63,609 nt of DNA from Ministeria vibrans ATCC 50519 (Eukaryota; Protista; Filasterea): NCBI GenBank assembly GCA_943704425.1, contig CALSCP010001258.1, forward strand, positions 1 through 63,609, in the 5' to 3' direction. This document shows, one piece after another, positions 11,608 to 26,816 of this stretch. Within the stretch, counting starts at the first letter, position 1. Each line of letters starts with the position of its first letter. The position numbers and the translations under genes are program-made. The notes under the pieces are model-generated. The model ran no database searches and was not told where the DNA came from. It saw only the letters and a program-made list of their open reading frames with translations.

Positions 11608-11974
11608 CTCAACGCCAGAGGTGTCGTTTTCTCTTCAATGATCAATCCTTTTTTCAAGTGAAACCAAAAAGTTTGAAATTCTTTAATCTTTTTCATGCAT
11701 GATCAAGGGATCAAATCGCAAACTGGGCCAAAACTGTTACGATGCTACAATCGCAAATCTTCATTGTACAGCTTCCACTTGTGAATAAAAAGGGATAGAG
11801 CTCGACGAAAACACGACAGTGCGTTTAGGGTTCAAGTCGCGCGCACAGATACAAAGGGCTCATTTTGACTAGGTAGCTGCAGAGAAAAATATGTCTTGTA
11901 AGAGATGGTTTGATAGATTGAACATAGTTGATGTCGCTCAGTTTACTCATCATAATGCTTATTCGGGTTCACTT

Positions 11975-14291
11975 TTACAGGGATTTGGTGACAAAGGCGG
12001 CGGCTCGCTCCAGAGCGTGCGCAAGGGGCCCCTCCTCGAGTGGACGTGCGCTCTGCTGGCGTCGTTGCTGCTGCAGTTGACGCTGCGAGATGGCAGGGCG
12101 TTCGGCGGGTAGCGGACGGAAAAGAACAGGGCGTGCGGCGGTGTCGTAGGCGGCAAGGAGACGAGCGGGTTTGTCGGCGACGGCGGTGACAGCGGCGAGA
12201 GCAGACTTGGGCGCGGCGCGTTCGTCGGAGCGCGCGCCGCGAGCAAGGTGACCGGCCACGTCAGCGACGTGCGGATGGACATGTTGTTGAAGTGCAACCA
12301 GGTCCCACAAAAGCGCGCCGCCGGCGTGGCTGTGCTCGGGCACATCCACTTCAGGCTGGTACGTCGCACCGGCATTGCCGCCGTCCTCGCTGTCAAGCAT
12401 CTGCTCGATGAACGAGTAGCGCTTGAAAAGCACGCGCACAAAGGCCAGCAAGGACATGGCAACGGGAGGAGCGGCATGCAGCGTGGCGCCCACTAGACGC
12501 TTGGTGTACGCAAAGACGCGCTCCTGGCTCACCTGCCGCCGTGTCTTCAGCATCATCATCAACGCATCGACAAAAGGCCCAAACTCCGCGTCGAGCGAGC
12601 CCCGCGCAGGCGTTGACAACACTCCAAAGTCAGGCACCATCGAATACAACGCAGCATAAAAGTCGCGCAGGTCAATCTGAAGAATCTCTCCCTGACCCGA
12701 CAGCAGACGAAATGCAGTTGCGGCACACGCAACGACAATCGAGCGCGCGTAGGGGGAGCCCGGAGGTCCTGCCAGCGCATCCTCCACTATGGAGCGGAAC
12801 ACATTCATCATATCCGCAAAGAAGTCAACGTTGATCAAATGGGCGAGCTGCCCAAGCCCATGTAGCACACGCGGGAGGAGCACACTGCGTCGCGTGTTCT
12901 TGAGCACGCGGAAGTACGTCAGGAAAATCATCTTGAGCGTCTCCGTCTGGTAGCGCTGTCGCTCGGCCTTGCTGTGCTCTGCGTGCGTCTCGCGCAGGTC
13001 TCGCTCCAGCACCTTAAGCACCTTGTTCTTCTTGCGCTGTCGCTTTGTCACGTGCTTCTTGGCCTCGAGACGGTTCTCGCGTGTCTTGGCCTTGCGGTCC
13101 ATGCGCTCGTCGCCCGACGGCGCACTCTTGATATTGGTCACTGGGTTGATGTCGCGGATGCTCTTGAGGTCTGCGTCAACTCGCACCCGCAGGAACAGAT
13201 CAATGGCCTGCGGAGCCACGCGAAAGTGGCGCACCTTGATCGCCTGTGACACCGCCTGGACCACTTCAAGCGACGCGTCGCCTCGTGTGTCCCCCTCAAA
13301 CAGACGCGTGACAGAGGACACTGCCAGTGCGCGACACTGCTCCAGTGCACTCGTGTCACTGTCACCCTCACCACCATCATTGTCAGCGTCGTCTTCGTCG
13401 CTGTCTGTGCTGCTGCTGCTACCGTTGGCTTTGGGCTGGGAGGGTGTGAGGAGAAGCGGGAGCAGTGCCGTGATGAGCTCGGTGCGGTAGTTGAAGTGGA
13501 ACTGCGTCGCGAGCAGCTCACTGAGACACTTTGCCGCAATGAATGTGATATCGGAGGGCGGCACAGGATGCGGATTGGCCGCGGTGGGCTTGGAGAGGCG
13601 CGAGAGACGCGTGAGAGTGAGCACAAAGCGATGGTAGAGCGAGAGCAGCGTCGACTCGAAGATCACGGTCTGTTTGACTTCCTTGCTCATGCGCTGTTGC
13701 TTCTCCACGTCAGTCAGTCCGCGGATGCGATAGTCCGGAATGAGCGATACAAACACCCGCAAGGCTGTCAGCAATGCATACTTTCGCACCGTTCCCAGTG
13801 CGTCGTCTTCGGCACAGCGCTCAATCAGTGCTGTCAGAGCCTGCAAATTCTCTTCGGGGTTCTGCATCAGCTCGCTGGCCAGTCCTGCCAGCTCCTCTTT
13901 CGCTCGGGTAATCTTCTTCAAATACACTCGGCGTCGATCTTCCGCTGATCGTGGCTCCTCCTCATCGCTCTCGTCACTGTCGTCCTTGTCCATCGCTGTC
14001 GCCTGATCGTCGTCCATCTTGTCGGGAGCGTTTGCGCGGGCCTCGGCCTGTCGCGCTGCCTCCTCAGAGACCCGCTGTCGCTCACGCTCTTCATTCTCAA
14101 CCCGTCGTCGTGCCACCAAATCTGCGTTCTTCACCACCTTGCCTCGTTCGTCCTTGACAGGCAACACACGATCCGCCGCGTCCATCGACTCGTCCTCCTC
14201 CTCGTCCTTGTCGTCTTTTCTCATGCTTGTCTCGCGCCCTTTTCGTTGACGCTTCGCATACATTTGCTCGACTCGGTCGTTGTTCTCTTCG

Positions 14292-14323
<32 letters not shown>

Positions 14324-14893
14324 GTCGTCGTCGTGGCGGCGGCGTTTCTTGGGCTGTTTGGGTTGCGCTGTCAACATATCAAACGATGGCATTTCTTCGT
14401 CGCTCTCGTCGCTCTCGTCATCGTCACTCTCGTCAACATCACTGCCACTGTCGCTGTCGCTGTCGCTGTCGTCGTCCGAGAGCTCCATCTTCTGCTTGGC
14501 GACCGCCATCTGACGGAGACTCTCGGCCGCCTGCCGGTGTTCCTTCATCTTGCGCTTGTGCTCCTCAATCGCCATCTTTCCCGTCTTCTTCCTGTCACGA
14601 GCCAGATGCAGGGATCATAAGACACACTATTGAAAGCAAAAATGCAAGGCAGCTTACTCGGGGAGGGCACGGCGAAGCAAAAACTGCGCCTCGTGGGCGT
14701 GGAACTCGGCGTCGCTTTCGCCATCCACCGAATCGCTCTCGTCCGCAGCCACCAGCGCCACCGCCTGCTGCGGTGCGGCCTTCTTGGCCTTGGGCTTGGC
14801 CTTGAGCGGCGCAGCGGGCGCTGCCGGGCCCTTGCCCTTCGCCTTGGCCCGTCCACTCGGCGCCGCTTGCTTTGTGCTGCCGCGCTTTGCCAT
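11975..14893 (-). CDS. NOC3L: Nucleolar complex protein 3 homolog, 2 exons
   Basis: KEELAGLASELMQNPEEN, VFVSLIPDYRIR, HFNYRTELI, IFLTYFRVLK, LGQLAHLINVDFFAD, IDLRDFY, ALLWDLVALQQHVHP. Confidence 0.93.
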
Positions 14894-14969
14894 TGCGATC
14901 AGAGTAAAATCAAAAAAATGTGTTTCTCCAAAATCTCAATTCGATCATTTAGTTTTATTTTTATTCGCA

Positions 14970-17435
<2,466 letters not shown>

Positions 17436-17636
17436 GCGATGAAGAGGGCGCCTCAGTTGTATAACCGAACTCCTTTTAAATATGTCCTTCGCAAATGTTC
17501 AATTGGGGTGCTGTTCAATAAGAAATCGACTAAGAAAAGAAAGAAATGGGCTGAGATAATCATAATAATCATAATAATAATTTTAATAGACAGAAAATAT
17601 ACCAAACCATTAAAATTGTTTCATTTTTATTTTTAC

Positions 17637-19115
17637 ATGTCAAGCGCTCTCACACCACCACCGCCGCCTGGGCTCACTGAAGAGCAGTGGGCCAACGAAA
17701 ACCTGTTAAATGCCATGTATGCGGCACTTCCTGAGTCAAGGGAAGTCAATAGCCATCAGTGGGACGCGCAGGTGGCGTTTTGGCGAGAGGTGTTTGAAAA
17801 GGGCGCGAGGGAACGTGCGACCGCCTTGTCGGACGCCAGCCTCGAGTGGAGCCTTCCTCTTGCGCTCAAACTGTACACTCGTCCCGACGGCTGCACGCCT
17901 CTATGTTTGCCACGGCTCTTGCACCTTCTCGAAAGCGACACGGCGTTGTCGACAGTGACACGTCTTGCGACGAACTCGACTTCCTTAGAGGAGTGCGCTC
18001 GCAAGCTCTCGACTATTGCGTCTGCCTCAGCAGGGGGACGAGCTGTATCAGCATTGTCGTTTCTTCGTGGTGCCTGGGAGTGGGTCGTAGGAGGTGCTGG
18101 AGGCGCTTCTTCCGACTTCGCAACATTTCCAAACACCACAAAGTTTGTCGTGGCGTCCAGCGTCGAGCTGGTGGCTACACGAGTCTATGAAGCACTCGTG
18201 AAGCACGCCACTGAAGTTGCCGAGGGTCACACCGAGCTGCCGTTGCTGTCATTTGAGCGAGAAGTGCGACAGATTCTGAGACGAGAGCATGTCAGCGAAT
18301 CAGACGCGACACTGGTACTTGAGCGCTTGCAGCAGTTCTCGCCGCAAAGGTTACGTTTTTGTGCTCTCCAGCAAGAAGGAGATGTTGCGGTGAAAGTGGC
18401 AGTGGCGTCATCGAGTGAGAATGTGGCGAGTGCGACGGAGGCAGAGGTATCTCTCTATCGTGTGCGCATGGCGATGGAGACCGTGCGCGCGACGATTGTA
18501 CAGCTGAGTCGACGCACGGAGGAGTATCGACGGCGTGCATGCGAACGAGCACACAATGGCGCGCAACGTACCACGGCACTGCGGATGCTGGCAATGGCTC
18601 ACAAGTGCGAAGGGAGCGCGCTGGAGCAGGAACAGGTCCTGGCGAATCTCACTGAGCTACAGATGCACCTGCAAGGGAGCATGAGCGCCGCACAGATTGT
18701 GCATGCACAACGAACGGGAGTGAGTGCAATGAAGACGACGCTCAAGAAGGAAGGAGCCAGTGAGCGAGGGGGCACAGTGATGGATGCGGTGGCAGAGGCC
18801 ATTGCCGACGCAGCGGACGTGTCTGACGCACTGGCACAGACGGGCGGTGCAACGGCGGATGTCGACAACGACCAGCTCGAGCGAGAGTTGCAGGCTTTGT
18901 TAGCGCAGGAAGAGGAGAGGGAGCAGGAGCAGGAGCAGGAGGGGGAGAGGCCGAAGGGGAACGAGACAACGCAGGATGTGGATGCGTTCCTAGTGGAGCG
19001 CATTCGCAATCTCACTGTGGGGCCCTCTCAGACCGACGAGGCAGTATATGAGAAGGGGAATGGCGGAAAGGGGAGGAAGCCACAGAAGGAAAAGCAGGGA
19101 GAACTGTGTGCATGA
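17637..19115 (+). CDS. CHMP7: CHMP7 (ESCRT-II/III hybrid), single exon
   Basis: N-terminal SREVNSHQWDAQVAFW...FTR-like YTRPDGCTPLCL winged-helix region plus C-terminal Snf7 coil (ALRML...QVLANL...DNDQLERELQAL). Confidence 0.82.
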   Translation: MSSALTPPPPPGLTEEQWANENLLNAMYAALPESREVNSHQWDAQVAFWREVFEKGARERATALSDASLEWSLPLALKLYTRPDGCTPLCLPRLLHLLESDTALSTVTRLATNSTSLEECARKLSTIASASAGGRAVSALSFLRGAWEWVVGGAGGASSDFATFPNTTKFVVASSVELVATRVYEALVKHATEVAEGHTELPLLSFEREVRQILRREHVSESDATLVLERLQQFSPQRLRFCALQQEGDVAVKVAVASSSENVASATEAEVSLYRVRMAMETVRATIVQLSRRTEEYRRRACERAHNGAQRTTALRMLAMAHKCEGSALEQEQVLANLTELQMHLQGSMSAAQIVHAQRTGVSAMKTTLKKEGASERGGTVMDAVAEAIADAADVSDALAQTGGATADVDNDQLERELQALLAQEEEREQEQEQEGERPKGNETTQDVDAFLVERIRNLTVGPSQTDEAVYEKGNGGKGRKPQKEKQGELCA

Positions 19116-19237
19116 TAGTTTTTCGTTTATTATTACTATTATTAAATCTTTTGTATTATTATTAATATTATCAGCTTCATAGCTAATTTTCCAGATTTTA
19201 AATCTGTATTAATTTTTAATACTTTTCGATTCTTCTT

Positions 19238-20425
19238 ATGAGTGAAAGGTGGGATCGCGTTGCGGCGGCGGCTAGTCGTGCGTACGTCTACAATATGGAG
19301 CTGATGATGTTGGAGACGGGCGAACGATGCCGGACGGATCCGCCAAGTGAGATTGGCGCTTGTTTTGCATTGGGCGCCAACGGAAAGATTGTGTGTCGCT
19401 TTCCTACAGCCGATGGAGAGCCATGTCGGTCGCAGGGTTTTGTGGGCGAGGCTGTGCGGGATCATTGGAACGCGACGGAGAAGAGGAGGACGTTGAGGGA
19501 AAAGTGGCCAAGGTGTTTGGTCGTTGCGAGTGGGAACGAGTCCCAATGGGATTTGTGACTTGGTTGGCGATGGCACGAGGCGAGAAGGAGGATGAGGAGG
19601 ACACGAGTGTGTTTGAGATGCTGGGCAATGGCAAGGTGCGGTGTCGGTGTCGACTGGTGGACGGACGAGTGTGTGGGGGACAGGGATTTGCACCTGAGCG
19701 GGTTGGGCAGCATTTCTCAAAGAGCCATCCTCGGAGTGTGTTCCGTGTTAACTGTGTGTTGTGCAAGGATGATATTCCGCCACACAGAATCAATTTCAAG
19801 CTACACATGCTGCAGTCGCACAGTGACGCGTTTGGTCGTGGCTGTGACTGGCTGAGCGTGTAGGCTTCTCTTGTGCGAAGTGAACTGGAGGAGCGCGATG
19901 CGAGCGTGTCAGTGATTGTGCGCGAGCTGCAGCTGTTGCACGAGAGTGAGCGAGTGCCGTCGTCATTCTCGGAGTGGCTTTCGTGTGCGCAGAAGGAAGC
20001 GGGGAGTGGTTGTGTTGTGGTGGATCTCGATGCGTCGTTTGAGCGACAGTCCAATGGTCGGTTCAAGTGTCGAATGGTGCGACCAGCAACGGGACAAGTG
20101 TGTGACTTTGCGCCATTCACAAAGGGGAATGTGGGTGATCATTTCAGTGGGTATCATGAGTGAGTATCGCACTCGATGTGCCATCTGCTCGCAATCCGTG
20201 TCCAGGGCCGGCAGTCTGCGTGCTCACCTGCGCACTCGTCACGCTACTGTGTTCACGAGTACCGTGTTGGCGTCGAACTGGAAGAGTGTGTCCAGTGAGT
20301 GTGTGCGAAGGGCGATGTTGCGAGAGGGAAAGCGTGAGAGTGTGATTGAGAGAGAATCAAGCATTTTGTATGAGCATGGGAAAGTGCCTGCCTTGTTTCA
20401 CAAGTGGGCAGCGCAGCGTGAATAA
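19238..20425 (+). pseudogene. Disrupted intronless gene with three repeats of an atypical zinc-finger pair unit
   Basis: Repeat F..NG(K/R)..C....G..C..F....V..H(F/W)...H followed by CxxC...HxxxxH and VP..F..W. Lesions: in-frame TAG at 19861, frameshift at 20157-20164, and frameshift/deletion near 19470. Confidence 0.65.
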
Positions 20426-20758
20426 ACGGAAACAGTTATAAAACCGCACTGATTGTATCTTGTTTGTTAATGTTCAGTATATTCTTCTCCTCTCATTCTT
20501 GAAGTTTATTACAATCATAGGGTTCACACACACACAGGTTCAGGCTATTTATCTTCTTCGTAACAATCAGTACAACCAACCTGTCTAAGTGTTTATGCCC
20601 CCTCTTGATGCTTTTGTGGCTTAGAAAGTGCTTCTGAGTTTTTCGCTTGCAATTGATCACCAATTGATAATCAATTGGAAATGTCAAATTGATCGTTCAA
20701 TATCCGCGTCTCCTCACCGATTCGCCCCGAGTTTACTCTTTAGATTGCTGCTACAGCT

Positions 20759-20891
20759 TGTCAGAGCTCCAAGCCTTCACTTTGAGTCTGGCGTACCATT
20801 GCGATTACCTCACTGGACAGCGATTGCACTTGTGCCTTTGTTGTTGATCGGTGACTGTATCATGAATAATTATTTTCTTCTTCTTATCTTC
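20759..20891 (+). mobile_element. Diverged, internally deleted copy of the (TTC)n-tailed repeat
   Basis: TGTCAGAGC..AAGCC..CACT...TGGCGTACCATTGCGATT.CCTCACTGGA.AGCG and GGTGACTGTATCAT match the reverse complement of 7672-7880. Confidence 0.7.
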
Positions 20892-20981
20892 TATTTATTT
20901 TGTTTCCTCCAGTGAGTCCAGTCCCTTTGTGTGGCCAACTCTGTTTCTTTCTGACTCGGGCCACTCAATTGCGGTGTGAAG

Positions 20982-22867
20982 ATGGAGAAGGATAACTTTT
21001 CGAAACTCGGTAAGAGGAAACCCTTTCGACCGACCTAACGCAGTCCTCTCGTGCGGCAGCGGGCACGCCAGCCAACCGCCAGCGCATTGAACATGTTGAA
21101 GAGTGCTTTGGGAAGCTGGGCAAGGTACCAGGCGCTCTGCGGATGCGGTTTTTTTTCTCTTGTTTTGGCTGAGGTACTTTTTCTTCATTGTAGCCACTGT
21201 GGAAAGAGGGCCGTGCTCTGCTGGGCGAAGGCATCCTCACCAAGCTGTGTCGGAAGAAGCCTAAGCCTCGGCAGTTTTTCCTTTTCAATGACATTTTGAT
21301 TTATGGGACAATTGTGGTCTCAAAAAAGTACGAACGAAACACACACAACACTGTACGCCGTCGCAACTAACCCACACGCGGCCCCCTCCGCCCGTCTCCC
21401 TCAGACGATATGCGTCGCAGCACATTTTTGATTTGGCGACGCTCTCCATTGATCCGTTAGAGGACGAAGGGGCCTTCCGAAATGCCTGGCAGGTGGCGGT
21501 GCACACGCCAAGTTCGTGCGTGTCTCATGTTGTTGTTGTTGTTGTTTTTTATTTTTTTATTAGTTCCGAACACCAAGCAAAAGCTTTACTGTTTTTACTG
21601 CGACAGAGCAAGAGAAATTGGACTGGATTGCACACATTACACGAGCCATTGCTGATTTGGAGACCAAAGGTATGCAGAACAACCGCGATACATATTGTGT
21701 GAAGTATGTGTGCGGGTGTGTGTGCGTGTCTTAGGAGTACTCTCACCGGGAGTGGACACTGCTGCTGTGTGGGTGCCCAACGATACCTCTGCTGTCTGTA
21801 TGCACTGCTACAAGACCAAATTCTCATCGCTCTCTCGTCGTGTAAGTAGAAAACACAATGATAGTGAGAGTGAGAAAGAAACACGAAGCGACAAAGGAAA
21901 TACTTAATGTGATAGAAAGATAGAGATAAAGAGAGAAAGAAACAAAGCATTAGAGAGAAAGAGTGAGATATCTCAATATGACTTGGTTTTAGCATCACTG
22001 TCGTAATTGCGGTGCGGTGGTCTGTGCGCCGTGTTCTCGCTATCGGTATCTTCTTATTAACATCTCAGGTAAAACTTGCTTGGAGAAATATCAGTCTCTG
22101 TCTTTTATGCTGTTTCTCCTTTTTTCTGTGCTTCCTCTGTTTTAGCGCGACCTGTTCGTGTCTGTTTCACGTGCTATCAACTTCTCATTGCTGCCGACGA
22201 GAATCGCGCCAAAAGTCTGGCGCAAGGGCAGACTGGTAACATTCGTACATACACACTCACACACATACTCTCTCTCTCTCAAATCGACTTCTTCTTTTAA
22301 AGGCGGTTCTGGTGCGATTGGGTCGGCGAACAGTCAAGACGCATCGGGTACAGTGAATCATATCACCATCCACTCACTGACACAACTGACCTGCTGTCTC
22401 ATTGACTTGGTTTGACTTGGAATGTGCACTAATATCGACTTCCTTCTTAGTCCCTCCTGCACCCGCCTCGCGTGTCCGTGTGCCTCCGTCTGGCTCGTCC
22501 GATCCCGACAGCATTAGCAATGCCGTTGTGCCCTCCGCCAACTCCTCCTTCCGCACTGCCAACTCGCATTCACCCTCTTCCTCCCTCTCCACTGCTGCTT
22601 CTTCCACCACTGGCCCTGAGATGACGTCTCCTCCTCCTCTTTCCGGTCGTCTCCGTCGCTCAAGCACAGGCGGAAGCAGCTCAGGCGGTTCCGATCTTGT
22701 ACGAAACCAACCCCACTCACATACTCTCCGACTCACTCTCTGCATCACACTTTTCTCAGGAGGACAATGACACTGATCTGAGTGACGTGCGTGACGTTGA
22801 GTCTCTCGTTGCCTTCCAGGGCTCTCTCAACCGCCAAAGTCTCTTCTTTCACGACGACGATGATTAG
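20982..22867 (+). CDS. PLEKHF2: PH- and FYVE-domain protein Phafin2-like, multi-exon
   Basis: NRQRIEHVEECFG, GRALLGEGILTKLCRKKPKPRQFFLFNDILIYG, AVWVPND...CMHC..TKFSSLSRRHHCRNCGAVVCAPCS, RPVRVCFTC, acidic tail. Confidence 0.92.
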
Positions 22868-22969
22868 CCTCGATCTGTTGTGTATCTCTCACTTGTTCCT
22901 CTGATTTGTACCGTCCCCCCTTCGTTCCTTTACAGATTCTTTTCCTTCCTATTTTATTGAAATTGAATG

Positions 22970-24438
22970 TTATTCTTTTGCGCCGGTCACTTCAAAGCGG
23001 GCGAGATCCACCAACTGACTGGGCTTGACGCCGGACTGTTGCGAATGAAAGGAATGCTGAAGGAACCGACGAGTGGCGGTGACGAGCTCGCGCAGGTCCC
23101 GCTCAGGATAGCGCCCAGAGCCCTTGTTGAAGGACGAAAGAGCATACAGACGCACAAAGTGTGCAAAGTCAGTGGGCGTTTGGTGGCCCGTGCCCAGGTG
23201 TGTAAGCCACTGAGTGGACGGGTGCTGTGCCCGTTGAATGATTCCTGTGAGCTTTGCGCGCGGACAGTAGTGTGTGAAGTACTCACTGTCAATGACGAGG
23301 AGTGGCGCGCGGACCACACTTGAATCGAGCTGCTCGGGTGTTAGTGCAAAGTACCAGGGGTCAAATGCGACCACTGCGTGCGGTTTCAGTGTGCTACTAC
23401 CGTCCATTGCGAGCGAAAGAACCGTTCCGCCGCCAAACGAGTGCCCTACAAGTGCGAGCCGTTGTTCCAGATCTAGCTTGGTTGCGAGCAGTGCACTCGC
23501 TTTGGGATCCGTCGTATGTTTGCCTGCGTTCAGTAGTTGCAAAGTGGCAAAGACGTGCTCGAGTTCGTCGCAGCGGTGCTCGAGTTGTGAGCGACGAAAC
23601 TGCCAGAGTTGCGCATCGTCGTCAATGATATCCTTGCTGGGCCGGTTGTAGTGCAGCAGGTCCCCTTTCCTGCCCGTGTCCGTCAGCACCGCCGTGCCAT
23701 CAGTGTGCTCGACACAGACCACGACGTAGCCGTGCGAGGCAAGGTCGCATGCGAGCGACGAGTGAACGGTGCGCGTGCCGCCAAGTCCGTGTGACAGGAT
23801 GATCACGGGCAGCGCCGCTTTCGGCTCGCTGTCAGTGTCGACTGCTGCGCCCGTGTGAAGTCGCATGGGCACGTCAACAAGGTGCTGCATGAACCAACGA
23901 GGGGCATTGACAAATGCGGAGAAGGCAGCGGCCGTGTCGGGGCCGTGCGGGAGGTAGGGATGACTAACGTGCGGAGCGTTGTCGATGACAGCGGGATACA
24001 CAATCCACAGAGCCGCTGGGTGTCCCCTGCTCGAGTCTGTGGCAGCGAGGCGTGTTGTGATGCTCCCTACAGCATGGGGGCCCGTGGGATGGGGAAGTGT
24101 GGTGGGTGTGATCGTCGTGAGTGCGAGTGAGGCGACGGTCGACAGACCGATCGCCTGCGAATCAAAACAGAAGAAAAATGCGACTCAGTGAACTCCCGCA
24201 CACCACATCCCCCCTGCGGACTTACCACAAGGCGCAGGGCGGAGAGAGCGGGGCGCTGTGCAATGAAGCTTTCGAGCAGAATGGCGCAGGAGACAGAGTA
24301 GCCATAGGATTGCCAGCGATTTCTTTGGTACAACACTTGCGCGGCGCACACTGCCGCAGGCACAAGCCGCAGCGGCATTACCGACGATGCAGCCATCGAT
24401 GCGGCGACCGATGCAGCCGTCAAAATATCGAGCAGCAT
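22970..24438 (-). CDS. Platelet-activating factor acetylhydrolase family lipase (PLA2G7/PAFAH2-like), 2 exons
   Basis: PIPRAP-region GPHAVG, LPVIILSHGLGG, LASHGYVVVCVEHTDGT, nucleophile GHSFGG, FDPW, GHQTPTDF. Confidence 0.9.
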
Positions 24439-24785
24439 ATTGAATAAAAAAATGAAAATGATCAGTCAGTCAGCGTTTTGGTCAGTCTAGTTGAAGTCCA
24501 TCCATTAGTCGTGCCAGATCCTCATTCGCTTCATTTATTCGCTTGCTACACTACATCTTGCAACTAGTCACCGTTTTTTTTTCCAGCTCAATAATCCATA
24601 TCTCAGGGTCGTGATTCTATGGCCGCCATTCTGCAGCGAAAACAAACCACGCGTTTCAAGAAAATTATAAGTTGTAATAATAACTTTTTGTAAAATTCTA
24701 CTCTGTACTCATTTTTTTTGCTCTCTACACTCGGGTTTGTTGGGTTTTCTTGATGGGGGTTCAGTTGAAAAACAAAGAAAAACAT

Positions 24786-26487
24786 TTAGGCAGTCGAGTT
24801 GGAGCAAAGGTTGCCGGCATTGGCACCGTTGGTGTTGAGAATGAGGGCGACAATGAGGCCGTACAGACCCAGGACTTCGGCGAAAATGAGAATCAGAATC
24901 ATGCCTACAAACAGCCTCGGCTACACACACATATATGTCAGCAATCAATCAACACAACGCCGTGCATCCGTGTTCGTACCTGCTGGGCAGTGCCACGCAC
25001 GCCCGAGTCACCCACAATGCCAATGGCGAAACCTGCTGCCAGACCAGAGAGACCGACGCTCAGACCGGCACCCATGTCAATGAAGCCGCGGAAGAGCGAG
25101 TACGACATGGGGTCGCTGACTGTTAAGACAAATTGGAGGTTGTCATGTCAGTCACAGAGATGCACAAATATATATATAAAAGAACTTACAGCCCTGTGCG
25201 ATGAGCACAGCGACGACAAGACCGTAAATGGCAATGATACCGGCCATGACGACGGGAATAATGCTGAAAAACAAAAGAAGGAAAATCAGGTTATTAACAC
25301 TTTCGTAATGTCCTATTAACCCGATTTACCTCTTCATGATAAGCTCGGGCTTCATGACGGCCATCGAGGCGATACCAGTACCGCTCTTGGCTGTTCCGTA
25401 GGCGGCACCGAGGGCTGTGCAGAAGGAGAGACAGAGAAAGACAAAAAAAAAAAGTCAGTCACCATTGTAACTATCACACGGACGAAATATGGAAAAGTTA
25501 GGGGCTGATGGTGGGGATACGCTGCTATCAAGTAGGCTCGCGAGAGTGAACGCTATGCAGTCTCGATAGCAAAAGAAGAGTCAAAATGAAGAAGAGAAAA
25601 AAGAATCAAAAGAGAGGACAGGAGACGAACAACCGCCGCCCAGATGACACCAAGTGCTACCATGCAGAGAGGGGCACAGAGTACGACGTAGAAGGGGGCG
25701 ATGCAGCGTGCAGACACGCTCGATGGATGTCAAGTTGTGTTGTGGGGATTTCACAGTTGAAGCAAGACACAGCCATCAGACTTGGCCGCACATTCACCCA
25801 GCACACACAAGAAGATTCCCATATGATGATGCGCACGCAATGAGGAGCGAAAGGATTTTTTTTTTTCCTTCTTTTTTTTTTTTTTTTTTTTTTCGCCTTC
25901 ACATTGTCTCACGTCTGTGGATGACGCCGAGTGGATGTCACCGAAGACAAAAGGGCCCAGGAGACGCGCTGAGAGACTGGCCGTTGCCGGCGCGCAGCCG
26001 TGGCGTGAAATGACGCGTGTAGAGGGCAGCAGAGGGCGTCCATCAAGAGCGAAAACGAAGCGAGAGAAATGAAGAGAAAAAAAAAACCCTCTTGTAAAAA
26101 TACGCAGACAGAGAGATTGGAGGAAAGTGGCGATCGATAGGGACAAGACAGGTCGGGAGCGATGGAGGGCGAGCAGACGACGAGCGAGAAGGAGCGTTGA
26201 GAGCGAAACGATTCACGTTTTACACTTTCTGGTTTGACCAAAAAATGAAAAAAAAAAAAAAAAAAAGGACCACGGAGTGGCAAGGAGCAAGAAGAGGCAT
26301 CGGGGACTTACCGCTGAAGACCATGGCGCTGGTGGCACCAAGGACACCGAAGAACCTGCGCCAGGGAGTGGAGGAAAAGGGTATTTGAGCGGATGACACT
26401 TTGGCTTTGCTTTTTTTATATATATATGGGCTCAGCGTACGGCGAGTAGACGGGGCAGTTTTCGCTATCGAAGAGGAGATCAGCCAT
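24786..26487 (-). CDS. ATP6V0C: V-type H+-ATPase 16-kDa proteolipid subunit c, multi-exon
   Basis: CPVYSP|[14 protein letters not shown]|[28 protein letters not shown]|[17 protein letters not shown]...[22 protein letters not shown]|[26 protein letters not shown]. Confidence 0.96.
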
Positions 26488-26816
26488 GGTGTGTATATGT
26501 GTATGTAGAATGGGCTTCGAAGTGTGTATCAAAACTGATATTTTTTGATCAAGTCACAATTGACAACTCAAAGTGATAAGTCTGAATCAGTGAATCGGCC
26601 ATGCAAAAAACTCTCTCAGCGCTTTCTTTCATAGAACAGAGGTCCATTCTGTCGTAAAAAGCCATCTTGGCCATCTGACAAAGGGACAGTGCTGACTAAT
26701 CGATATTGTGTGAGACTCAAAGATTGAAAGACAATACATTTTTATTCATTGAAATGAATCATCGGGTGACACTGTCAATATGGCTCGGGGTCATGTTCTA
26801 CTTGTTGATCAACAAC

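Noticed and set aside
19861-20163. Stop-codon reassignment or selenocysteine to explain in-frame TAG/TGA
   Set aside because: Conserved genes here end in TAA, TAG and TGA, and the locus also has frameshifts; pseudogenisation is simpler.
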